A stretch of DNA of 64,000 nt from Planctomycetota bacterium (GTDB lineage: Bacteria; Planctomycetota; SZUA-567; H5-PLA8), in NCBI GenBank assembly GCA_045863855.1, contig BTVV01000002.1, positions 32,001-96,000 of the forward strand, read 5' to 3'. The notes beneath the pieces were generated by a model. It did no database searches. It was not told the origin of the DNA and was given only the letters and a program-made list of their open reading frames with translations. The position numbers and the translations under genes are program-made. Shown in pieces: positions 56,158 to 64,000 of the stretch. How positions within the stretch are numbered: the stretch's first letter is position 1; each line of letters begins with the position of its first letter.

Positions 56158-57093
56158 TTGGCTCAACGTCCGTCCCCGCCGCCCGCGATCCGCACGCTCA
56201 AGATGGCCGAGCATCTGCCCGGGCACGCGGGGTCGCTCCCGCTTTCGGTGCGCTGGCACGACGTGAATCAGATGGTCGGCGCGCACGATCACGACTTCTA
56301 CGAATTGGTGCTGGTCACGCACGGGCGCGGCGAACACTTCACCAGCCGCCGGCGGGTGCTCACCACGGCCGGCGACGTCTGGGCGATCCGGCCCGGGCAC
56401 TGGCATACGTATATGAACGCGAAGCATCTGGGCGTCTTCAACTGTCTGATCGGGACGAGCCTGTTCAAGGAGCTGGCGCCGGGCTTGCAACGCGCGCCGG
56501 GATCGGTGGAGCTGTTCTGGCGCGGACCGGCCAAGCAGGCGCGCGACGGCTGCTGCCTGTTGCGCCTCGACCCGGCGCGGCGTCTGGAAGCCGAACGGAT
56601 TCTGGAGCGGCTGGCCGAGATACTTTCGCGCGGCGACGCGTCGGCCGAACTGGAAGCGCGGGGCGAACTGTGGGCTTTTCTGGCGATCCTTTCCCGCGCG
56701 GCGGAGACGGAGTTACTCGACGCGAAATCCGCGGAAGCGCGCGCCGATGCGAAGGCCCCCCGGCACGACGCAGCCGTCGCGGCGTTGGAACTGCTGGAGA
56801 CGCGCTTCGCCGAGCCTCTGGCGGTGGAAGAACTGGCCGCGGCGGCAGGGGTGAGCGCGCCGCATCTGACGCGGCTCTTCCGGCGTCTGACCGGGCGCAG
56901 TCCAATGCAATACTTGAACGACGTGCGCATCCAGCGCGCATGCACGCGGCTGGCGGAATCGGACGAGCCGATCACCTCCATCGCCGGCGCGGTGGGCTGG
57001 CCCGACCCGAACCTATTTGCGCGGCGCTTCCGGCAGGCGCTGGGCGTTTCGCCGCGGGCGTACCGGGCGGAGAAGAAGGGGCGTGGGGGGTAG
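56158..57093 (+). CDS. AraC family regulator (RhaR/RhaS-like)
   Basis: HDHDFYELVLV..GRG.H; ITSIAGAVGWPDPNLFARRFRQALGVSP. Confidence 0.9.
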   Translation: MAQRPSPPPAIRTLKMAEHLPGHAGSLPLSVRWHDVNQMVGAHDHDFYELVLVTHGRGEHFTSRRRVLTTAGDVWAIRPGHWHTYMNAKHLGVFNCLIGTSLFKELAPGLQRAPGSVELFWRGPAKQARDGCCLLRLDPARRLEAERILERLAEILSRGDASAELEARGELWAFLAILSRAAETELLDAKSAEARADAKAPRHDAAVAALELLETRFAEPLAVEELAAAAGVSAPHLTRLFRRLTGRSPMQYLNDVRIQRACTRLAESDEPITSIAGAVGWPDPNLFARRFRQALGVSPRAYRAEKKGRGG

Positions 57094-57255
57094 GGTGCGG
57101 GAGAACGGCAAAGGGCCTCCATTGAAAGACTTCCCCGCCATGATCGTTTTATGCTAGTTCGTGCCCAGCGCGGACTAGTGCCGGACCCCCTCGCTGGGGT
57201 CTAATGCCTCCATGCGCGGAAGAAGCCGCGCCGGATGCTTCAGCGAGGAAACGAG

Positions 57256-58176
57256 ATGCCCGCCACCGTCCCGGCCGTCGACTTCAACCGCACGATCCAG
57301 CTCAGCGACGAACAGATCCGCTTCTACCAGGAGAACGGGTTCATCCAGATCCTGAACGTGCTGACGCCCGACGAAGTCGATTTCGTCCGCGAGAGCATCG
57401 CCGAAGCGATCGATCACCTCTCGCGCACCAAGACCGGCAAAAGCCAAGGCAACCCCTTCTACAGCAAGGTCTTTCACCAGGAAGTGAACCTCTGGCGCAT
57501 TCACGAGGGCGTGAAGCGCTACACCCTTTCGCGCCGCCTGGGCGAACTGGCGCGGCAGTTGACCGGCGTCGCCAAGATGCGCCTTTGGCACGATCACTGC
57601 CTGTACAAGATGCCCGAGCAGAGCCTCGCCAGCGACTGGCACCAGGACTGGCCCTACTGGCCGATGTACCACGCCGGCGCGATGAGCTGCTGGATGGCGC
57701 TGGACGATGTGAACGAGACCAACGGCTGCCTGCAGTTCGTGCCCAAGAGCTTTAAGTGGGGCATCTACCCGGCCATCGCGCTGGGCAGCGGAAAGAAGCA
57801 GCTCGAAACGATGCTGAACGAGGAAGAGCGCGCGAAGTTCAAGCCCGTCGCGATGCCGATGCCGGCCGGGAGCTGCACGTTCCACGATGGGCTGTGTTTC
57901 CACTACGCCAATCCCAACCGCAGCGATAAGCCGCGCCGCGCGATTGCCACGATCTACCAGCCCGACGGGACCGAGTTCCGCAAGAAGGGGCATATCTGCA
58001 CCGATCCGTTGAAGCTCAACGACGGCGACAAGCTGGTCGACGAGATCTTCCCGGTTGTGGCCGAAGGGAAACCCTATCCGACGACCACCTTCTACGATGC
58101 GCGGGAGCGGCTGAAGAGCGAAGCCGCGCTGAACGACGCTCGCCACGCGCGCATGAAGGCGGCGGCGGAAGCGTGA
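57256..58176 (+). CDS. PhyH family Fe(II)/2-oxoglutarate dioxygenase
   Basis: FYQENGF, WHQD, CWMALDD..ETNGCL, FHDGLCFHYA..N, PRRA. Confidence 0.92.
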   Translation: MPATVPAVDFNRTIQLSDEQIRFYQENGFIQILNVLTPDEVDFVRESIAEAIDHLSRTKTGKSQGNPFYSKVFHQEVNLWRIHEGVKRYTLSRRLGELARQLTGVAKMRLWHDHCLYKMPEQSLASDWHQDWPYWPMYHAGAMSCWMALDDVNETNGCLQFVPKSFKWGIYPAIALGSGKKQLETMLNEEERAKFKPVAMPMPAGSCTFHDGLCFHYANPNRSDKPRRAIATIYQPDGTEFRKKGHICTDPLKLNDGDKLVDEIFPVVAEGKPYPTTTFYDARERLKSEAALNDARHARMKAAAEA

Positions 58177-58182
58177 ATCCAG

Positions 58183-58315
58183 TTCGGATTGAGGATATTA
58201 GATTGCGGCTTTCGGATTAAACGGCCGAGGCGAGCGTAGCGGCTTGTCCGTTGAAGTGCAGTCGTTCAATCCGTTATCCGCCATCCGCCATCCGCCATTC
58301 ACAATTCACAATCCC
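58183..58315. repeat. Two oppositely oriented degenerate heptamer arrays between convergent PhyH genes
   Basis: TTCGGAT TGAGGAT ATTAGAT TGCGGCT TTCGGAT (58183-58217); CAATCCG TTATCCG CCATCCG CCATCCG CCATTCA CAATTCA CAATCCC (58267-58315). Confidence 0.8.
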
Positions 58316-58320
58316 AGGTA

Positions 58321-59142
58321 TTACCCATAGGGCCCCTTCCCGTGGAAGCCCAGCACGCGGCGCAGGCGCGCGTCGTCGCGCGTGCGCGCTTCGACCCATT
58401 CGGGCAGGCGGTAGTGCATGAACGGGTAGAACCGTTGGGCGACCCAGCGCATCCCGAAATGCATCTGGAGCAAGTAGCGCGTATCGCCGGACGAATTCGG
58501 CGCTCCGCGGTGCCAGCATTGTCCGTTGTGCAGGTAGGCGTCGCCGGCGCGCGCGTACATGCTCACCGGCCCGCGTCCGTCGAACTTCGGCGCCGCCGTC
58601 TTCGGCGGCGGATGCCTTCCCGCGTAGTGGCTGGCCGGAACGAACTGCGTCGGCCCGTGCGTTTCGTCGAGGACGTCGCTGAGCAGAATCTGAAACGTGA
58701 ACTGGCAGATGGGCATGCGCAGCCGGGCGTCGTGCCGTTCGATCCCTTCGGGCAGCGGAAACAGGAGATGCTCGTCCACGTGCCAGCCGTCGATGGCTTT
58801 GCCCGAAGGATTCACCACCGCGTTGTTCGCCACGAGGTGGCAGTGGGGCCCCAGGATCCGTTCGGCCAGCGAGATGAACGGTTCGCGCGTGAGCAGTTCC
58901 AGAAAGAGCGGGTCGAGTTCGAAGAGGCGGCACATCACGATGTCGCCGTAGCGGTTATGCGTATCGGCCAGGCCGGGGTTCGCGAAGGCTCGATCCAGCG
59001 CGGCGCGCAATGCGGCGCACTCGCCGGGCGCCAGGACCCCGGGCAGCGGACAGAAGCCGTCGCGTTCGAAGCGTTCGGCGATCGCGCCTTGTTCGGCCTC
59101 GGCGGGCACGGCGGAGACGGCAGGCACGGTCAGCGTGGTCAT
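58321..59142 (-). CDS. PhyH family Fe(II)/2-oxoglutarate dioxygenase
   Basis: FERDGF, WHVD, GPTQFVPASH, AGDAY...WHRGAPN; GAGGA RBS before ATG 59142. Confidence 0.9.
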   Translation of the reverse strand: MTTLTVPAVSAVPAEAEQGAIAERFERDGFCPLPGVLAPGECAALRAALDRAFANPGLADTHNRYGDIVMCRLFELDPLFLELLTREPFISLAERILGPHCHLVANNAVVNPSGKAIDGWHVDEHLLFPLPEGIERHDARLRMPICQFTFQILLSDVLDETHGPTQFVPASHYAGRHPPPKTAAPKFDGRGPVSMYARAGDAYLHNGQCWHRGAPNSSGDTRYLLQMHFGMRWVAQRFYPFMHYRLPEWVEARTRDDARLRRVLGFHGKGPYG

Positions 59143-59305
59143 GGGCTTCGTCCTCGGGTCTGCTTCAGGTAACCCCACGGCGGAGCCGGACGCCATGGGT
59201 ACTCGTTCCCCGAATCGGGCGGCTTGGGGGCTAAAATCGACATCTTTCCGTCCCGCGGGCCGATACGCGGTATACTGATAGGGAAGGCATCCCGAGGCCG
59301 CCGCG

Positions 59306-60259
59306 ATGAGCACTCGCCCGCCCGCGCCCGAATATTTGGCGCTCGACGAACTGCAGCCCCGTGTGGACCTCGCCAGTTACTGGCGCGTCGGGCCGGTCTG
59401 GTACACGTACCGCATCCCCGGGCACCACCTGCTCTTGATTCATCGCGGGACGCTGGAGGCCGATACGCCGCAGGGGCGCATCAAGGCCAAGGACGGCGAT
59501 CTGATCTGCTTCCGGCCGACGGAGCACAACGAGTACGGCACGAAGGGGAAGCTGGAGTTCTTCCAGGCGCACATCGATTTCGCGCCGCCGCCCAAGGAGG
59601 CGCAGACGCCGTGGCTGGGCGAGGCCGGCCCGCTGCCGCTGCACCTGCCGATGGGGGATGCCTACGAGCCGCTCGCGCGGGTGTACGAGACGTTGATGCT
59701 GGAGTTGCCGCAAAGCGGCGCGGTCCACGAACTGCGGGTGCGCCAGGCGGTCTTCGAGATGCTGGCGCTTATCGCCGAAGCGCAACTGGGCCGCCAGCGC
59801 CGCCGGGGCGAAACGCAGGCGCCGCGCATCGACGCGTGGCAGCGCGCGCGGCTGCGGCTGGGCGCCGACCTGGACGCCGAGCTGCGGCTGGGGCCGCTCG
59901 CCCGCGAGCTGGGAGTCTCGCGCGATCATTACAACAGCCGATATCGCCCGCGCGTCGGCGTGAATCCGATCGAGCACCGTACGCGGGCGCGGCTGCTGGC
60001 GGCGCTGCGGAGGCTGCGCGAAGGGACCGAGCCGGTGAAGGTCATCGCGCGCGCGCTGGGCTGGGCGGATACGAAGAGCCTCACCCGCGCCTGCAAGCGC
60101 CACTTCGGCCTTGCGCCGCGGGATGTCCGCGCGGGGCAGAGCTTGCCGACGCCCGAAGCGCCGGGTACGGAGAGCGAGCGGCTGTATCCGATCAACAAGC
60201 ATGTGGTGCCGCCGGAGGCGGGGGCGCGGTATTTCGAGAAGTGGAGGGTGCGGAAGTAG
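59306..60259 (+). CDS. AraC family transcriptional regulator
   Basis: LARELGVSRDH...VKVIARALGWADTKSLTRACKRHFGLAP; divergent from the PhyH gene. Confidence 0.85.
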   Translation: MSTRPPAPEYLALDELQPRVDLASYWRVGPVWYTYRIPGHHLLLIHRGTLEADTPQGRIKAKDGDLICFRPTEHNEYGTKGKLEFFQAHIDFAPPPKEAQTPWLGEAGPLPLHLPMGDAYEPLARVYETLMLELPQSGAVHELRVRQAVFEMLALIAEAQLGRQRRRGETQAPRIDAWQRARLRLGADLDAELRLGPLARELGVSRDHYNSRYRPRVGVNPIEHRTRARLLAALRRLREGTEPVKVIARALGWADTKSLTRACKRHFGLAPRDVRAGQSLPTPEAPGTESERLYPINKHVVPPEAGARYFEKWRVRK

Positions 60260-60501
60260 GGGACTGCATCGCCGCAGAGACGCGGAGGGCGTGGAGAAAG
60301 GCAAAAATGTCCTCTTCTCCCCATTCTCTTATTGCGCGCATGGCCTCCTCGTAGGCTTAAGAGTCCTTGCCTTTCAGTCCAAAATCCCCAATCGACCATC
60401 CCCCATGCGCGCTTTCCCCTTGCACTCGCATTCCCGCTTCCCCCCGCTAACTTGAACGCGTCGCCTGCCACAAACCGCTAATCCGCCGCGAGGGTCGCGC
60501 C

Positions 60502-61479
60502 GTGAAGATCCAGCAGTTGGTGTTTCCCGATCAGCATCGTTGCGAAGTCGAAGAGACGGAGCTTTCCGAACGCCTGGGTCCGGGCGAGGTGCTGGTCAAG
60601 AACCGCGTCACGCTGGTGAGCGCCGGGACGGAACTGGCGATGTTCACGCGGACGCACCGCGGCTTCGACGAGCCGGATTTCGCGTACGCGAAGTATCCTT
60701 TCCGCCCCGGCTATGCGGCGGTGGGCGAGGTGGTCATCGGCGTCGGCGATATCAAGCCGGGGACGCGCGTCTTCCACGCCACCAAGCACGGCACGTACGC
60801 GAAGCTTTCGGCGCAGGATGTCATCGTGCTGCCGGAAGGGCTGGCGGACGAGCACGCGACGTTCTTCGGCCTCGCTCAGATTTCGATGACGTCTCCGCGC
60901 CTCGCGCCACCCAAGATGGGCGAGCATGTGGTGGTGATCGGGATGGGGCTGATCGGCAACCTGTGCGCGCAGTTGTACGCGCAGGGCGGCGCCGGGCGCG
61001 TGGGTTGCGCGGACTTGACGCCCTTCCGGCTCGAGAAGGCGCGCGCCTGCGGCCTGATCGAAGGGTTTAACACGCGCGAAAAGCCGCTCACCGAGTGGGT
61101 CAAGCAGTTCGGCCCGCGCGGGGCCGAGATCGTCGTCGAAGCCGTGGGCATCAACCCCACCATCGACGCGGCGCTCAAGTCGGTGGCCGACCGCGGTCTG
61201 GTGGTGCTGCTGGGCAGCCCGCGCAGCAAGATGGAGATCGATCCGTACTTCGATATCCACCGCAAAGGCATCGCGGTGATCGGCGCGCACGGGCGGAACG
61301 TCGATGCCGTGACGAGGCAGCAGGATCAGCCGCTGTTGCTGGAGTGGCTGAAGAACGGGAAGCTGCGCGTGGAGCCGCTGATCACGCAGCGCATGCCGTT
61401 TACGGAAGGCTTGAAGGCGTACGAGGGCCTGCGCGACCGGACGGATGAATATCTGGGCGTGATCCTGACGTATCCGTAG
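60502..61479 (+). CDS. MDR-family (zinc-binding ADH-like) oxidoreductase
   Basis: VSAGTE, PGYAAVGEV, GMGLIG, EAVG, VEPLITQ. Confidence 0.85.
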   Translation: MKIQQLVFPDQHRCEVEETELSERLGPGEVLVKNRVTLVSAGTELAMFTRTHRGFDEPDFAYAKYPFRPGYAAVGEVVIGVGDIKPGTRVFHATKHGTYAKLSAQDVIVLPEGLADEHATFFGLAQISMTSPRLAPPKMGEHVVVIGMGLIGNLCAQLYAQGGAGRVGCADLTPFRLEKARACGLIEGFNTREKPLTEWVKQFGPRGAEIVVEAVGINPTIDAALKSVADRGLVVLLGSPRSKMEIDPYFDIHRKGIAVIGAHGRNVDAVTRQQDQPLLLEWLKNGKLRVEPLITQRMPFTEGLKAYEGLRDRTDEYLGVILTYP

Positions 61480-61632
61480 CGGATTCGGACTCGGTGCAGG
61501 GCGTTTACCACGGAGAACGCGGAGCGCACGGAGTACGGGCTGGTATTCGATTGAAGGGCACGGCGAGCATCACTCGTATCGGTTCACGCGATGCAGGTGG
61601 TTCCTCATTCGCAGCGGCGAACGGTGTAAGCG

Positions 61633-62799
61633 TTATTTCTTTCTTGCCAAGACCAGATCGCGGAAGCGGCTGAACAGGTAGAAGCTGTCGTGCGGGCCGG
61701 GGCTGGCTTCGGGGTGGTACTGCACGCTGAAGGCGGGCAGTTCCTTGTGCCGCAGGCCCTCGACGGTGTTGTCGTTGAGGTTGATGTGGGTGACCTCGAC
61801 TTCGCGCGGTAGCTTTTTCGGATCGACGGCGAAGCCGTGGTTCTGGCTGGTGATCTCGACTTTCTGCGTGCTCTGGTCGAGCACGGGGTGATTCGCGCCG
61901 CGGTGGCCGAACTTGAGCTTGTAGGTTTGCGCGCCGAGCGCGAGGCCGAGCATCTGGTGGCCAAGGCAGATGCCGAAGACCGGCACCTTGCCCAGCAGGC
62001 CGCGGATCGTTTCGGGCGCTCCGGCCACGGCCGCGGGATCGCCGGGGCCGTTGGAGAGAAAGACGCCGTCGGGCTTGAGCTGGAGAATCTCGGCGGCGCT
62101 GGTGCGCGCCGGGACGACGGTCACTTCGGCGCCGACTTCGGCGAGGCAGCGCAGGATGTTCTGCTTGATGCCGAAATCGACGGCCACGCAGCGAAATTCG
62201 TTGGGCTTCGCGTGCAGCGTCGCCAGCGGACCGGCGGTCTCGGGGCGTTCGAATCCCTTCAGAAAGCCGCCTTCCCATCGGTAAGTCTTCTCGCAGCTTA
62301 CGTCGAAAGCCAGGTTGCGGCCTTCCATGCGCGGGCTGCTGCGGGCCTGTTCGATCAAGTCGGCGTCGGAGCGCTTGGCGCTGGCTTCGCTGCACGCCAG
62401 CAGTCCGCGCATCACGCCGCCGACGCGCAGCTTCTTGGTCAGCGCGCGGGTGTCGATGTCTTCAAGCCCCGGAACGCCTGCCTTTTCGAGGAACGAGCTG
62501 AGATCGTCGCCGGCGCGGTAGTTGCTTTTGAGCGCGGCCAGTTCGCGGACCAGGAAGCCTTCGACCCACGGCTTATGCGATTCGTTGTCGTCGGCGTTGA
62601 CGCCGTAGTTCCCGATCAGCGGATAGGTCATCGTCACGATCTGCCCCGTGTAGGACGGATCGGTGAGGATTTCCTGGTAGCCGGCCATGGAGGTGTTGAA
62701 AACGACTTCGCCGCAACGGTCGGTGCGCGCTCCGAAGGCTCGGCCGCGGTAGACCGTACCGTCTTCCAGCGCCAGCCGGGCGGGCGGCAGCGTGCGCAT
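61633..62799 (-). CDS. carA: Carbamoyl-phosphate synthase small subunit
   Basis: [60 protein letters not shown]. Confidence 0.97.
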   Translation of the reverse strand: MRTLPPARLALEDGTVYRGRAFGARTDRCGEVVFNTSMAGYQEILTDPSYTGQIVTMTYPLIGNYGVNADDNESHKPWVEGFLVRELAALKSNYRAGDDLSSFLEKAGVPGLEDIDTRALTKKLRVGGVMRGLLACSEASAKRSDADLIEQARSSPRMEGRNLAFDVSCEKTYRWEGGFLKGFERPETAGPLATLHAKPNEFRCVAVDFGIKQNILRCLAEVGAEVTVVPARTSAAEILQLKPDGVFLSNGPGDPAAVAGAPETIRGLLGKVPVFGICLGHQMLGLALGAQTYKLKFGHRGANHPVLDQSTQKVEITSQNHGFAVDPKKLPREVEVTHINLNDNTVEGLRHKELPAFSVQYHPEASPGPHDSFYLFSRFRDLVLARKK

Positions 62800-62958
62800 G
62801 CTCACGAAGTCGATTCCTTTCCGTGCGGGGTGCGGGCGCGCGACAACGGAGAGCGTTTTATCCGCGCGCGCGCGGCGGCGCAATCGCATGCGAAGCGTTC
62901 TTGCCCGCAGGCTCGGGCGCGTCAAGATAGGTGCATAGCCTTCGTCCAAGGAGCGCCC

Positions 62959-63993
62959 ATGGCCCGCTTGTACCTTTCGCCCTCCGAACTTCACGCGCGG
63001 ATGATGCAGGATCTGGAACTTCCGCTGGCGTACCGCAAGGGGCCGGTGCCGGCCTGGCAGCGCAAGCTGCGCCCGAAGCTGCGGGAACTGGTGGGCGCGT
63101 GGCCGGCGAAGCGAGCCCCGCTAAAGGTACGGTCGCTCTGGAAGCGCGAACACCCGCTGGGCCGGATCGAGAAGATCGCGTTCCAGGCCGAGCCGTACAG
63201 CGACGCGCTGGCGTACGTGTGCCTTCCGCGCGACGTCAAGCCGCCGTACACGTGGTTCGTCTGTCTGCAGGGGCATTCGACGGGGATGCATAATTCCATC
63301 GCGGTGGATCGCGAGGACGAATCGAAGCCGATCGAGATCCAAGGCGACCGGGACTTCGGCTTGGGTTGCATGAAGCGCGGGATCGCGGCGCTGTGCATCG
63401 AGCAGCGTTCGTTCGGACTGCGGCGCGAGCAGGTTCAGGAGCGCAAGGCGCAGCACGGCTGCCACGACGCGACGATGCACGCGCTGATGCTGGGCCGGAC
63501 GCTGATCGGCGAGCGCGTTTTCGACGTGGACCGCGGTCTGGATTATCTGGAAACGCGCGGCGACGTGGACTGGAAGAAAGTCGGCGTGATGGGCAACAGC
63601 GGCGGCGGGACGATCAGCGTCTTCGCTGCGGCGCTCTTGCCTCGGCTGAAGTTCTGCATGCCGTCCTGCTACTTCTGTACGTTCCGGGGCTCGATCATGT
63701 CGATCGGGCACTGCATGGACAACTACATCCCCAGCTTGCTGCTGTATGCCGAGATGCCGGATGTGATGGGCTTGTTCGCACCGAAGCCGGTGGTGGCGGT
63801 CGCGGGGCTGACCGACGAAATTTTCCCGGTTAAGGAGGTGCGTTCGGCCTTCAGAGACTTAAAGCGCATTTATAAAGCGGCCGGGGCGGAGCGGCACTGC
63901 CATCTGGTGATCGGTCCCGAAGGGCACCGCTTTTACGCGGATCTGGCTTGGCCGAAGATGCTGGCAGAACTAAACCGGGCGGGAAAAGATTGA
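62959..63993 (+). CDS. Alpha/beta hydrolase (dienelactone hydrolase/esterase-like)
   Basis: CLQGH, GNSGGG nucleophile elbow, DEIFP, GHRFY; AAGGAG RBS. Confidence 0.85.
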   Translation: MARLYLSPSELHARMMQDLELPLAYRKGPVPAWQRKLRPKLRELVGAWPAKRAPLKVRSLWKREHPLGRIEKIAFQAEPYSDALAYVCLPRDVKPPYTWFVCLQGHSTGMHNSIAVDREDESKPIEIQGDRDFGLGCMKRGIAALCIEQRSFGLRREQVQERKAQHGCHDATMHALMLGRTLIGERVFDVDRGLDYLETRGDVDWKKVGVMGNSGGGTISVFAAALLPRLKFCMPSCYFCTFRGSIMSIGHCMDNYIPSLLLYAEMPDVMGLFAPKPVVAVAGLTDEIFPVKEVRSAFRDLKRIYKAAGAERHCHLVIGPEGHRFYADLAWPKMLAELNRAGKD

Positions 63994-64000
63994 GTCGGCC

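Noticed and set aside
61633..62799. carA without adjacent carB as a novelty
   Set aside because: Split carA and carB genes are common in bacteria.
61837..62958. N-terminal 374 aa of the 718 aa ORF as a fusion to the hydrolase
   Set aside because: Overlaps carA antisense; a good RBS and ATG lie at 62959.

Overview
Gene-dense 64 kb window from a high-GC diderm bacterium; gene order and families suggest Planctomycetota or another PVC lineage (inference). The first 12.4 kb hold one minus-strand housekeeping string: glmU N-terminal half only, prs, rplY, pth, rpsF, ssb, rpsR, rplI, dnaB, bamA, two skp, lpxD. Divergent from it is an orphan four-gene minor (pseudo)pilin cassette whose GC content alternates sharply inside intact ORFs, followed by a ZnuACB-type metal ABC importer with a Zur-like box. 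The rest is accessory and metabolic: four AraC regulators, each next to a catabolic enzyme (three PhyH dioxygenases, one TIM-barrel epimerase); a tandem pair of HEPN-like proteins; three tandem ~715 aa DUF6785/DUF6784-like polytopic membrane paralogs; rnc; an unusual tex; mscS; fumC; carA; and a 1368 aa TPR/DUF3857/degenerate transglutaminase protein. Several intergenic gaps contain degenerate 7-mer or 9-mer tandem arrays, some as inverted pairs. I found no rRNA, tRNA, CRISPR array, transposase or integrase. All family calls come from motif recognition by eye, not from database searches.
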